This document shows positions 1 through 13,148 of a DNA stretch of 64,000 nt, one piece after another. Origin of the DNA: Phaeosaccion multiseriatum (Eukaryota > Protista > Ochrophyta, other classes); assembly GCA_965112735.1 (NCBI GenBank), contig OZ218952.1, positions 3,782,001 through 3,846,000 of the forward strand, read 5' to 3'. Numbering within the stretch: position 1 is the first letter of the stretch; every line of letters starts with the position of its first letter. Made by a program: the position numbers and the translations under genes. The notes below the pieces were generated by a model. The model saw only the letters and a program-made list of their open reading frames with translations, searched no databases and was not told the DNA's origin.

Positions 1-376
1 CTCCTCCCCACCCTTTACTACTGGAGCAAGCCACAGCACCCCCTCCGTGGAGACCACGCGCAACGTCACAGCCGCACATAGTGGCACAGCCGAAAATAGT
101 CCCCTACTCCCCCCCCCCCTTAGTCACTAACCCCCCCCCCAACTGTGCCAACTCCTCTGGCGACGGAGTCACGCCTCGTCACCAAGAGAAGAGGGGCAGA
201 GGGCGGTGGACAGAAGGGCAGTGGACAAGATGCCCATTTGATAAGATGACCACAGGACCAGAGAACAAAAGATGACCACATGACCACATGACCCGAGAAC
301 AAAAGATGAGATGAGCTGGGAGGAGTTCACACTAGATTAGATGCCAATACTCAAAAAGCCACTCTGCGGTGTGTTA

Positions 377-653
377 TTAAAAGCCACTCTGCGGTGTGTT
401 ATTGAGTCTGTTCATGGCCGCGCGCACTTCGCGCATTCCGTTTGCGATATCGGTTGCCGCCGCTGGGCCTTCCCACCCCACCCCCGCCGCCCTGCTTGAA
501 GTGCTTCCGGGCATGCCACCCTCCCTCCCCTCTGGACCCTCCGTCTCACTGCCGTAACTGCCGTAACTGCCGTAACTGCCTCGCAAGGGGGCGCCTCGCC
601 TCGTCTTGCCTGCCTTCTTTTTGATGACCTAAGAGAGAGAGAGATAAGAGAGC

Positions 654-685
<32 letters not shown>

Positions 686-3600
686 CAGGTAAGAGCAAGT
701 CTTCACAACACAGTCAAGTTCGGGCCATTTGGGATCCATTGGGGGGCCACCAGGGGGAAGGGAGAGGGGAAGACTTGGGCATCTAATGGAACTAACCTGA
801 TACCCAACCACGAGCGCGAGGCCCACCATTAGGAGCGGCGCCCTCATCCAGCTGATGTCCACCTCCTTCGGTTGGTACGGAAGCTGCGCATCAAACAGGA
901 GAACAACAGAGGAGTCCGCTCGACCGCTGCTCCTGCTGCGACCGCCGCTGCCGCCACCGCATACGGACAGGAGGAAGGAGGAGTCTCGGCTGAAGCCCAC
1001 GGGAGAGACATGCACATGCAGGTAGTCTCCTGCCCCTCCTCCTGCTGCGGCGACGGCCACCTCCTCCTCCTCCTCCTCCTCCTCCTCCTCCTCCTCCTCC
1101 TCCTCCTCCTCCTCCTCCTTCCCTACCTCTCTTCCCTCCTCTAACCACCCCGCCATCGCCCCAGCGCCAGTCTGCTCGTACAATTGCTCTATGCCCGTCC
1201 GCCCTACGCTTGTCGTGTTGTACACCGCAAAAGAGGAAGGAGTCGTCACAAGCACGTATCCTCTCACTGCAATCAGTGACGTCACGCCCCCCTCTGAGAG
1301 AGGAAGTGACATGCCGCCACTGCCGCCGCCACCGGAGAGGAGATCTATTTGCTGCAGGACAGAGCAGCCCCCCTCCACCCCGGGGCCTCCTACGTCCTCT
1401 CCAATGTTCTGCTCAGAGAGAGAGAGAGACAGACAGAGAGAGTGAGACGAGACAGAGACAAGAGAGAAGGAGAGGGACCGAGACAGAGACGGGAAAAACA
1501 CACATCCGAGAAGGAGAAGAGAGCGACGTAGAAGAGCGCCTCATCACTACAAACAAACCCACAGGATGAGGGGATGAGGGGATGAGGGGACAGGGCGAAG
1601 AGACCACGAACGACGGCCACGCACGCATCCCTCTTTCCTGCTCCCTCCCTCCCTCCCTCCCTCCCTCCCTCCCTCCCTCCCTCGCTCGCTCTTCTGTTGT
1701 CTGCCCCCTGCCATCTCTCCCCCCCCCGCCTTCCTTCCGTCTCTCTCTCTCTCCTGACAACAGAAACACACTCCAGAGGAAGAATGAATGCTCTACTCGT
1801 GCGCTCTACTCTCATCCTCCTGCTTGACCTTAGTGCCTGACCTTAGTGGGAGCTCGAGTGTAGAAGACCGCCATCGCCCCGCTCTCGTACCCCACGTACA
1901 GGTACGAGCTCACCAGGGCGTCGAAGGCAAGCGCTGGTGTGGCCGTGTGAGACGGGCGGGGACGACCGAGTGAGGTAAGGGGAGGGGAAGGGAGGAGCGG
2001 GGCCGCGAAAGAGAGGTCAGGCCAGGGCGAGGCAGGGCAAGGCAAGGCAGGTAGGAGGAGGAGAGTACCACAGTGAGCACGTTCACACACACATACACAC
2101 ACAGAGACACAGACGCACAGGCACACATGCAAACATGTACACACTCAATTGTTCCTTCCCTTCCTTCGTACCAGTGACCACGCCGTCTCCCTGTCGGCCT
2201 CTGCAGTACTTGTTCTTCTTGGGAGTGAACTTGGTCGAGCTGAGGAAGCGCACGTCTCCTCCATCGTTGTATGCAATGGACTGTCCGCCCTTGTGCAGAG
2301 CCGTTACTGGTGAACCAGTCTCACTGGAGAAGCTGTGCACGAGTTTCCCAGAGCTCCGCTGATACGCGCCCACGTGCCCTGAGTCGTCGCCAACGAGCAC
2401 CAGTGTACGGCCCGTGGAGCGATGGTAGTAGACGTGCATCGCCCCCCCCGGGGTGGCCCAGCGAGGAGGAGATGCCCTACTGCCAAAGCTGTTCGTACCC
2501 ATTCCATGGACGGCATTGGTGGTCGGCCCCTCAGCAGACACTTCTGATTCTGATTCTTCTTCTGAGTGTTCTGATTCTTCTTCCTGCGACAAGGGGCGCC
2601 CCCTCCCCCTCTCCGGCGGCATCTCCGGCCTCTCCAACGCGCTCTCCCAGAGCAGCTCCAGACTCACCCCGGGCCCGAGGAAGCGCCCCCCCTCCTCCCC
2701 CCTCTCCTCCCCCCCCCCTTCCTCCTCCTCATGCTGCTGCTGCTTCTGCTGCTCTCCCCCCTCAAAGGAGAAGGACGACGGTTTCCGAGTCGAGTGTTGA
2801 GCGTGACCAGCGCTACCATCCCCCTCACCATAAGCCTCTTCGCCACCACCCTGTTGTTGGGTCTTCCTCACCCTCCCTGCAATTCTCGTTCCATCGAGGA
2901 AAACGGTAACAGAATGGACGTGAACTTCACCGCTGGCGGACATGGTTGCCAGCATCGGGGCTGCGGGTGGGTAGAAGGAAAGTGAGGAGGAGGAGGAGGA
3001 GGAGGAGGAGGAGGAGGAGGAAACAAAGGAGGGGGAGGAGGAGGAGGAGGAGGAGGAGGAGAGGTGCGGTTAGTTCATGGCGGTATTCGCAAGGAAGAGG
3101 AAGACTGAATTGGACAGCGAAAAGCAAGCAGAGAAAGACGAAGCAGAAAGCAAACACGTACCCACCCACCGCCCCACCCACCCATCGTCTCACATTCCAG
3201 CCCCTCGTGTGCCATGCCCACGATGGGGTCTCCCTCGCGGTGTCTCGTGTCGTACTCCCGCACCAGTTCCTCTCCCTGTGAGTCGAACACCGACAGCGAT
3301 CCATTCCTGCGACCCACCAACAGGAAGTGCTCAAAGGCGAATTTTGCGTCGGCACTAGTGCGGCGGCTGCGGCTACGGTTGTTGCTTCGACTGCTGCGAC
3401 CGCCGGAGTCGGAAGGGCCCATCCTATTGTCCGCCAGAGCTGGTCTCGTTCGGACGGCCAGGACGTGTGTGCACGTTACCTCAGCCGCGGCTCTCATGTT
3501 GGCATCCCCACGCCCTCGCTTTCCCGCTACTGCTATTGCGGCGGGAGAGCTGGGTGGACCTACATTGACCGCTGCAACGGGAGTGACGTGCTTGAAAAAG

Positions 3601-4097
3601 CCTTTACGAAGAATCGCCGAGCGCCGGGCCTGGGGCTGTCCATGAAAGGCATGCGGCTGTTGCCGCTTCTGCTGTTGCTGCTGTTGCTCATGTTGCCGAG
3701 CAAGATGCTGTTTCTCCGACCGCCAAGCGCCGGCGTCCTCACTACTGCTGCTGCCGGCAGCGTCGCCGGCCGACACCTGAGTCTGAGGCTGCCCTCCTCC
3801 GATTTCGAGGATGTGACTTCGCATCTTACTGAGGGCGGCAACCCGCTGCTGCTGCAGGTTGATGAGGCGCTCCACTTCCAGCAGCTCCTGGTCTAGGTGG
3901 GCAATGTACTCCTCCCATGGCGCCTCTCCTCGTGCTCCACGCGTGTCGTGAAGAGTGCACTCCTCTCTGGGGAGGGACTCATCAGGGACGGCGCCGACTT
4001 TGCCAGGGTGAGGAGTGGAGAGCACAACATCTTCCTCGCTGCTCACAGCATCTCCCCTGCCCTCTCCTTCTGAAGGCCTCTTTCTCCCCCATCTCAT
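377..4097 (-). CDS. Multi-exon conserved membrane protein, At1g75140-like (coiled coil, beta-propeller-like region, C-terminal TM helix)
   Basis: Exons encode a coiled coil (LDQELLEVERLINLQQQRVAAL), beta-rich segments (FEHFLLVGRRNGSLSVFDSQGEELV; VLVGDDSGHVGAY; YLYVGYESGAMAVF) and a TM helix WMRAPLLMVGLALVVGYQ, spliced in phase 0 to a last exon VIKKKAGK...SGF* with its stop at 377. The layout resembles plant At1g75140 from memory. The start codon is uncertain. Confidence 0.6.
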
Positions 4098-4520
4098 GCT
4101 CCCAGCTAGCGCAAAGAGGAGGGAAGCCAGCGATCAGCCGGCAAGAATTTAGGGGGGCAAACGATCGAGCGGCAAACGGAACGGCCAGGGTTGGATTGTT
4201 AAAGGATCGATGAGCTTTGGCGCGCAAAGCAGTGCAGGGATCGATCCTCACATACAAATCCCACCAAAAAGGGGTAATCAGGTAAGGATGCGTCTCCATG
4301 TGCTGACATTTCGCGTGATCAAGTGTCTGACCTGTCCTGCTCCTCTGCAGCAACTGTGCAGGGGTTGGCTGTTGATATCGGCTGTTTGAATTGACCAAAC
4401 AAACACCTGGACTCCTCTCAGCCCCTTCCCACTTCCCCACCCGCAACCCCTTGTGCGCTTGTCACTCGACAGACACAGCAGGGGAGGAAGCGAGCTGCAG
4501 TAGCCGCGAGCGTGGCCGTC

Positions 4521-6320
4521 ATGCCGATGTCCGAGGAGAGCGAGGAGGCAGGAGGGTGTCAGTCGGAGGACGAATCAGCAGCTGTAGCGGCAGGAGCAGA
4601 GGGCGAGGAAGAGGACGATGCTGCCGCTGCTACGGAGGGAGAAGAAGGGGAGGAGGCGGGGAGCGAAGAGGACAAGCATGGAACAGAGCAGACGGAGAGG
4701 GAGGAGCGGGATGGCGGGAAAGGGCCAGTCGCCGAGGAGGAAAGTGGGGAGGAAGAGAATGAGGACGAGAAAGAGGGGGAGGAGGAAGAAAATGACACAG
4801 AGGAGGAGGAGGAGGAGGAGGAGGAGGAGAGAAAAAATCCTTTCCCTCTCGGGCCCGGCACCACCAAAGGCAAGAGCGTGGTGGACGCTGGCGAAGAAGG
4901 AGACGTGGAGGATGAGGAGGAGGAGGAGGGGGACGAGGACGACAAAGAGGGAGATGAGGATGAGGAGGACGACAGGGGGGGCGGAATCGGGAAGGAGAAT
5001 GTCGGCACCACCGCTGCGAAGAGCACCAGCGCCGGCAAGAAGAAAACGAGCTTTCAGGACCCGGCGCAAGCTTCAGCAACAGGAACGGCAACAGGAGCAG
5101 CAGAGTTGAGCAATGGGGGAGCTGGAGCGGGAGGTGCTGAGCTCAACGCCTTTGTTGATCGAGTGGTGCGCGCAAAGAGGGGGCTGCTTGGAGGCATACT
5201 CACCACCGAAGATGTCGTTTCGCAGGTACGCCTCGTACGGAAAGAGGAAAGAGAGACAGGGAACCGGTTTACGAGAGGCCCACAACTCCGTTGTGAATGC
5301 ACACGCTTTGTGCTTCAAAACAGTACACGGTGTTTCCTCCCCAAACGCCTTGCTCCTCCTGCTGTCTGTCTTCCTCTTCCTCCGCCCTCCTCCCCACCCT
5401 TATACCCATCCCACCCCCTCAACCTCTCTGCTACGCCCTCCTTCTCTCTCCTCCGCAACCACAACACCGAAACGCTAGAACTTGGGCACCGCGGAGGATG
5501 CCCAAGTGCAGCAGCTGAAGGAGGACCTGGACATGTTCAAGCCTCAAAGCGCCCTCTTCGGGAGGCCCCTTGCCGCCCGCCTCATCAAGGCCCGCACCTT
5601 CGACGACTACGCCAAACAGGTGCTCCTGCTGTATCACCAACTGCTACTACAAGTGGTTCTGCTGCTGCTACTGCTGTTGCTGATCTATCTCACCCATGAC
5701 TGCCATCTATGTTTGTTCGCCTTCGTAGACATAAATTCGACCAACCCTTCGACTAAAACTTCGACCGCCATCCGGGCCCCGGCCGACTCTCACCCCCCCC
5801 CCCCCCCCCAGGTGCTGTTGTTGAGCCCACCCAGCAGCGTTACAGGCAGCAGGAGGCGCTCCGACTTCCTGAAGCTCGGTATACACCTGTTGGTGAACCA
5901 CAGGGACGGGCTTCTCACAGACAGAGACGCCTCCAGCTTGCGCCACCAGCTCAGCGGCGAGGCCTCGTCGGCCGATGTGCAAGTCGTGCCGGAGCTGGTC
6001 AGGGCCATTATAACTCGCCTTGTGGACGACTCGGATCAGCAGCAGCAGCAACAGCAGCAGCAGCAGTTGGGCTTACAACAGAGGGGTGGTGGTGGTGGAG
6101 CGGCAGCTGCACAAGACGCGGCGGCCAGAGCTTTGGCGGGTTTGGTGCTGGCCCTCGATCTTGTCCCACAGCTCCTTGGGCAGGTGCGGCACCTGTCGTG
6201 GCTGCACACGCAGGGGTCCAGCGGGGCGCAGTTCTTGGCCTCGGTGGTGGAGCAGGTTTGCAGGTGAGGGAGAAAGTCTCGAGAGCGACTCGTTCAGTTA
6301 AACGCTCCTCCTCCTCCTGG

Positions 6321-6363
<43 letters not shown>

Positions 6364-9300
6364 TTGCTTATCATTTAAAGTATCGTTCGTGGCTCTTGGA
6401 AGGCAGCCCATGCCCGTTGACGTTCTCCATCCCTTTTGGCTCCTCTTGACACCCCTCGCCCCTCCCCCTCTCCCCCAATGCGGAGTCAACCTCTCTCGAT
6501 CTCCTCTTTCAAGTATGCAAGCTTACCCGTCTTGGCTGTATCTCTCTCTCTCTCACACACACACATACACCCACACAAACCCCCACGCACACACAGGCAC
6601 TCGTATCGCTGGCCCCCTGGCTCGGCTGTGGCCATCGCGACGATGCTGAAAGACCTCCCCTTAAGCGAGGATCAGCTGCGAATGGCTGTCACGAGTCTGC
6701 TCCGCTTCGCCCGCGCGGGCAAGCCTGACCCAGAGGAGCTCCCGCCCCTCGTGTACCAGCTGCTGCTCCTGGCAGGGAGGGGCTGCAAGGAGGAGACTCT
6801 GAGGGGCATCTGCGCGGTTTTCGACTCCCTCGACAGAAAGGCAGAGGCCGCGGAGCAGCAGTCGTCGAGGAGGGCAGGGCAGAGGGGGGGGGTGCAGGAC
6901 GAGGACGAGATTGGTCGTGGTGGTGGTGGTGGTGGTGGTGGTGGAGGTGGAGGTGGAGGCGGAGGCGTTCGACTAGCCAAGCTCATTTCCGCACACGAGC
7001 TGCGTGGAGTGGAGGCCCTGGTGTTTGAGCACTTTACCTTTGTACTCTCTCAGGACCACGCCTTGGCCAGCTGCCTGCTCAAGATGTTCAAGAGGGATGC
7101 CATGGCACCGAACATTGCCAAGGTACGTGCGTGCGTGTGTGTGTGTCTGAGAGAGAGGGTGAGTGAAGTGCGAAGGAAGTGAAGATACGAAAAGCGGCTC
7201 CTCCGTTGAATGAGCGAATGAATGAATTGAACCATGGTGGTGCTGCTGGCGCTGTTGCTGCTCAAGGAGCGATGAGTCCTCTCCCCGCTCTTTCTGTATG
7301 TCAACCTTAACTTGATGCCCCCAAACACACCAGGCTGACTGAGCATGTGTTTCAATTTGTTTCGCTTGGTGCGCTGCTTGTGCTACCCATGCCCCATTCC
7401 CCGCTTGTTTGGTCCGTGCCATGGTGCAGGTCTTCACCCGCTTTCGCCTGCTGCTCTTGCTGGCGGTGATGGACATGCAGCGCTTCAGCCAGCGCGCCTC
7501 AGACGAGCTTGTCCACCTCATTCAAGAATGCTCTGTCTACCGCCAGCGTCGAAGCTCGTCGCCCTGGCTGGACGTTGAGGAGGACATATGCGGCAGCGGC
7601 GGTGGTGGCAGCGACAGGCACCGAGATCAGGAGCCATTCACCGTGGTCGAGGAGGTGCTCCTGCGCCTGATTCGCTCTTCCGACCTCCTCAACGCCATCA
7701 AGCCCCATCTGCTGGACTTGGGTGTGCGTCTCATCGACCAGGGGGGGGGAGGAGGGGGTGGAGGGGGGGCAGCGGGAGGAGGAGGAGGAGGAGGAGGAGG
7801 AGGAGGAGGAGGAGGGGTAGGAGGGGCGTCACCACCGGTGGAAGGCTTCTTTGCGCACACCATGTCTTCGCCTGCGCTGTACGCCAATTACGCCGCATCC
7901 AAGTTGGGCTGCAGGGTGGTGCTCGAGGCGTTCAGCGAGCACGAGCTTGTGAGGGACAAGGTGATCAAAGCCGTATCCACGCGGGTGGCGACGCGAGCAG
8001 GCAATCTGAGTGTGTACATCAGGCTGCTGGGGCTGCTGGTGACGCAATACCCTAACCTCGTGCTGGAGAACTGCGACACTGTCAAGGAAATGTTTGGATT
8101 TGTTCCGCTCTTGCCCTCGGCCATGGCCAAGCAGTTCCTCGGGGCCGTCATGCCTCTGCTCCGCCTTCGACCTCAGCTGAAGGACTACATTGTGCTGCCT
8201 CTGCGAAAGGCTCTCTTCAGTCGGGAGGAGTCCAATCGCATCGTTGCCGTGCAGGGCCTCATTCTGTTGCTAAGGCTGCAGGCAGGCGGGCTCTCTAGCG
8301 CTGGGTTCAGCTCCACGCAGCTCAGCCAGCTCTCCCAGAGTGAGCACGCCGTCCTGCCTAGAGGAGGAGGGGGCGGCAGCAGCAGCAGTAGCAGCAGCGA
8401 CATTGGCAGCGGCAGGACAGTTAGCGCGTCAGGGTGTGCATTCTCCGTCTCGGAAGGGTTCGGTCTGCTACGGCGATCGCTGACGCAGCAACCCGCGGTA
8501 AGGAGTGCCCTGTACGACGGACTCGCGTCTGCGTACCGCGACGGCGGAGATGAAGTACGCGCGGGCGTGCTCTCCATGTTGTCTTCACACTTTCGTCGCT
8601 TCCGCAACGCTGCTGGGGTTTCCGCTGCCGCTGCCACCGCCAAGGGGAGTCGGGGGCGGCAGAGTGACCAGCGTGCCGCCGCCCCCTTTGTGATGAAGGC
8701 ATGCATGAATGAAGCAACGAACTGCATCGGAGAGCCCTTGGCGCTCTTGGTGGGTGGGTTGTGCTACATCCTCGACCAGGGCCACAGTCGAAGCAGCAGT
8801 AGAGGGGGCATAGAGGATGTCCCAGAGGGAAACGAGGACGACGAGGAGGAGGAGGAGGAGGGTGATGATGACGAAGACGAGAATATGGACGTCGATGGTC
8901 GGGGGGGAGGTGACCAAGGCCTGGCCAAGGAGCGCAGGGAGGATCAGAAGCAGCTCATCAGCTCACACGCCGCCCTCGCTAAGGACCTGCGCAGTCTGTC
9001 ACAAGAGGTGCGTATGTGTTTGGTATTGTGTGTGTGTGTGTGCGTGTGCGTGTGCGTGTGCGTGTGCGTGTGTGTGCGTGCGTGTGAGTGTGTGTGCTTG
9101 CACCGTGCCCGCGTCAGTCTGTTGAGGGTCACTTGTGACTTGACTTGCTTGATGGGAGGGAACATGACGAACGCCTCCTTTCCTTTCCCTGGACCTGCAC
9201 CGCCTCTTCTCGGCTTCCCCTTGCCCTTGCATCATGGCGTTCCATACCACCATCCACATTCACAGGTTGGCGGTAGTCGCCCGGAGACGTTCGGCCTGGA

Positions 9301-12264
9301 CAAGGCTTCTGACTTTTCCCTAAGCTGCAACGAGGGCAGGTACAACTGCTGCACCGCCGCCATTCTGATGGGCGTGCAGGAGAGCCTGATGCTGGCCGAG
9401 CTCGTGTTGCAGGAGGGCAGTCAGGGAGGGCGGGTGCGTGTGTCAAGGCCCTCTGCGGCTGTGCTCACGCGAGTGCTGACGCTGGCCGCCGCGAGGGAGG
9501 AGCTCGGTGACCTTGTAAGGCCTCATTTAGAGCTCGAGCGAGCCAATGCCAAGGCAGCAGCAGGAGGGGCGTCAGGAGGATCAAAGCGGGGTGGGAGTGG
9601 GGGTGGATTGTCAGCGGCCCTGAGTGGAGGAGGAGGAGGAGGAGGAGGGACGCAGCAACACCTCTCTGTGGCGTCTTCGGAGGCAGCACTGCCTGGAACG
9701 ATGGGTCGCGGCTGCTTTACCCTCACGCTCGCACCTGGCGGTATGCCCTGCCTCGGTTTGCGCTTCGTTGAGGACATGCTCACCGTCATGACATCAGAGA
9801 GTGGACCCGACGACGAGCATGAACAAGAGGAGGACGAGGATGATGATATGGGTATGGGGGAGGAGCATTCGTTCGGCAGCAGCAGCAGCAAAAACGTACC
9901 TCTGTCCCGCGCCTCAGCGGCGCCATTCCGAACTGCTCGTGGCAACGTGGGGTTCCAGCGATTGGTGCTCCAGACGTGCCACTCACATTTGGCGCTGCTG
10001 AGGGCGGGAGTGTCATCCGTGGCCGACTTGGCCATCGAAGTGGGCGGTGGCAAAGCCGTCAAGTCGCGGAGCTGCAGCAGCGCGGGCGATGGAGGCGGGG
10101 ATGTGGATGCCTCCACTCGGGCCAAGAAGGCCGCAAAGCGGTGCATGACTCTTGGGCCGCTGTTACTGAAGGAGGTTTTGAGGCAGTTGGCCAACGGTGA
10201 GACGTCTGGCACCATGGCGAGCGCTTCTTCTGCTCCCTCCTCTGCTGCGGTGAGCAGTAGCGGTGGCGGGGCCAAGGACAAGGGCAAGGGTAAGGGCAAG
10301 GCTGGAGCCAGCGGCAAGGGCAAAGGCAAGGCGGGCACAGCCAAGTCAGGCGGAGGAGGAGCAGCAGCAGCAGGGAAGCAGGAGGAGCCGCTCGCTGTGC
10401 TGGCGATGGAGTGTCTGTACAGCTGCCTCGCCATCGGAACGAGCGTCTCCCACAAGAAGTCGAGCAATGTGAGCCGTGCTCTGAAGCTGCTGCAGGCCTC
10501 CTTCCGAGGGGTGGACGTCAGCGACTTACGGGGTGATGATTACGAGGAGGAAGGCGAGGATGGCGAGCAGGGGGGGGGGGGGGAGGAGACAGAGGAGGGA
10601 AGGGAAATGAGTTTCGAGGGTGCTGCTGCCCCGTACCGCATCGAGAACCCCCCCCGACCCCTCCCTAGCACTCAGGACAGCAGGAGAGGAATGGGGGGAC
10701 GAGGGGGACGGGAGGGGAGCAGTGACAGTGAAGTGGCGCAGCTGAGCGGCTACATGCAGCTGCTCGTGGCACTGCTGGGCAAGCTGCTGGCGGAGAAGGA
10801 GGTGAAGGAGAGCCAGGTGCTGGTGCGCATCCTCGACATGCTCACACCTCTCCTGCACGGCGACCAGCAAGCGCTAGCGGTGCACACGAGCTCCATCTCT
10901 CGACTCGTGAGGAAGGTGCGCGCTCGCAGTATCCCCCTGGCCAAGGATCTGTGCCGGCTGTGGATGCAGGCCCACAATGCCACAGGGGCCAGAGGCAGCA
11001 GTCTGAAGTACTTGGAGCTCGTCTGCGGCGAGATTAAGGCGTGCTTGGGGCCTATCCGGGAGGATGATGAGGATGAGGACGAAGACGAGATCCAGCGGCC
11101 GACTCTGCTCTTCATCAACAGCTCCACGGTCGAGACTGTGGCGGAGGTGGCTGTAGCAGCTCTGGAGGATTGCGTCAACGAGGTGAGGGGCGGGGTGGGC
11201 GGCAGACCGAGAGAGGAGAAGGAAAGCGTGCCGGGAGGGAAAGAACGAGGGAGGAAGAGTGGTATTTGCATTGTATTGTAGGTGCGCGAGCCGCGTGATT
11301 TGGAGTGATGGTAGAGTTCCCTCTCTCTCTCCCACTCTCTCTCTCGCTCGCTCCCCCACCCTCCTCTCTGTCTCTCCTTGAAGGGGCCTGCCTGTTCTTC
11401 GTATTGTTTCACCCCCGCTCCCCTCTACACACCGATCTGCCTGCCCCCCCCGCTAAACTGCTTACCCTCTCTCTCTCGCTCTCATGGCCATGGCGATTTG
11501 TGTCTCTCTCCCCCCCCCCCCCCCAGGCGGAGTTTGCATTCACCTATTTGGAGCGCCTCTCTGTATCGAGAGCCAAATCGGCTGCCACGGTCCTGCTCGG
11601 GTCTCAAACGGACAATGAGGGAGGGGGGGGAGTAGGAGCAGGGGGAGGAGGGGATGGAGAGGAGACTGACAGCAACGAGGACGACGAGGAGGTCGAAGCG
11701 GTGGGCGTGGGGAAGGACGGGTACGCCAGTGATGTGGTGGATCGGCGTGAAGACATGCTCTGTGGCAGACTGAAGAACGTGGCGGTGGGCATTTGTCAGC
11801 TGGTCACCGCGAGAGTGACGGGCAAGTCAGTGGAGCAGCTCATCAAGTGCATTTCGCGTCTGCTCAAGTGCGTGAGCAAGATTCTCAAGCTGCGCATCAG
11901 CACCAAGCGTTGCTGGGTGGGCACCGGCATGCGGGAGCTGCTGGACTTTAAGAAGAAGACGTTCATTGACGCGCTCAACGACTTTTTGCTCACCGTCTCC
12001 AGCGTGGGGGGTAAGGGGAACGACAGAGAGGGGGGCAAGGGGAAGGGCGGGGCGTCCAAGGCGAGGATCAGCAAACAGTCCAAGCTGATCCCCGTCATGG
12101 CGTACGAAATTGAGCAAGGTACGCGTGTGTGAGTGTGTGTGCCGTGCTTGCTTTGCTTTCGATGGGGTTTGTCTCGTCTGAGGAGCAGTACCATAGCCCC
12201 CCAGACAACCAAACTTTGCTCGTTGGGCGCCCTTTGTTTGTCTCGGTTCATCTCTGTACGTCGG

Positions 12265-12299
<35 letters not shown>

Positions 12300-12585
12300 A
12301 CCGTGACTTCCTGCCCCTTTCCTTGCAGTCGACTCCTTCCTATTGCAGCTTTCGAAGCGAGGCAGTGCCGGGCAAAGGGTCAACACCGATCGCTGGCTGA
12401 CGGGCTCCAGCGTGCGAGACTTTAGAGTCGATCGCGGTCGAATGAGCGAGATCCTCAGAAACAACAAACTCAAGGAGTGAGTGCGAGTGTCAACGTGGGG
12501 CGGTGGGAGGAGCAGAGGCTAGGGAGAGGAGAGTTAGTCCCTGCGTCTCTTTTATCATTGACTGAGCTCACATTGTCGCGGTTTC

Positions 12586-12617
<32 letters not shown>

Positions 12618-12822
12618 CAGTGCGAAGGTTGAAAAAGGAGCAAAGAAGAGGAAGCAATCCGGCGGTGGTGGTGAGGCCGGGCAGAAGGGGAAGGCAGCGT
12701 CGGCCGGCAGCAGCAAGAAGAGGAAACAGCCGGAACAGCAGCAGCAGCAGAAGCGACGGAGGGAGGAAGACGACGAGAATGAAGACGACGAAGAGGACGA
12801 AGACGAAGAGACCGAGGAGTAG
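4521..12822 (+). CDS. FANCI: Fanconi anemia group I protein (about 9 exons)
   Basis: FANCI motifs: EELPPLVYQLLLL; DYIVLPLRKALFSREESNRIVAVQGLILLL (contains the monoubiquitinated LRK lysine, about 8207) followed by the S/TQ cluster SSTQLSQLSQ; LRRSLTQQPAVRSALYDGL; SKLIPVMAYEIEQ; SSVRDF. GT-AG introns at about 5227-5478, 5620-5811, 6264-6596, 7123-7429, 9008-9265, 11183-11526, 12119-12328 and 12477-12620. Stop TAG at 12820-12822. Confidence 0.93.
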
Positions 12823-13148
12823 GCTGCTGATGGGATTGCAGCGGCCTGGAGGGAGGGCCGGTGGTGTAGGCGGGTGTAGGCGGGGCAATGTGCCTCTGCG
12901 TGCAGTAAGGCAGTCGTTACCAACGATATCACCCTCTCTTTGTCGGAATGAGTCTTTGCCTGCCCAGTAAAGAATCAATTTCGCATCGTACCCCTCCCCC
13001 CCCACACGCTCACCCACACACACATACACACATGCGCGCGCGCACACGCACATGAAATACGATAACGTGAGCGAACGACAGAGAAAACACAGGGTTTCAT
13101 CATACAATGTTTATATCCGGCATCTCCTTTGGTTCTTTTCGTCCATAG

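Noticed and set aside
354-403. About 25-bp direct repeat (AAAAGCCACTCTGCGGTGTGTTATT x2) as a regulatory site or TSD
   Set aside because: A simple tandem duplication over the stop codon of the first gene, with nothing inserted between copies. Similar local duplications occur at 29240-29322 and 59819-59897.
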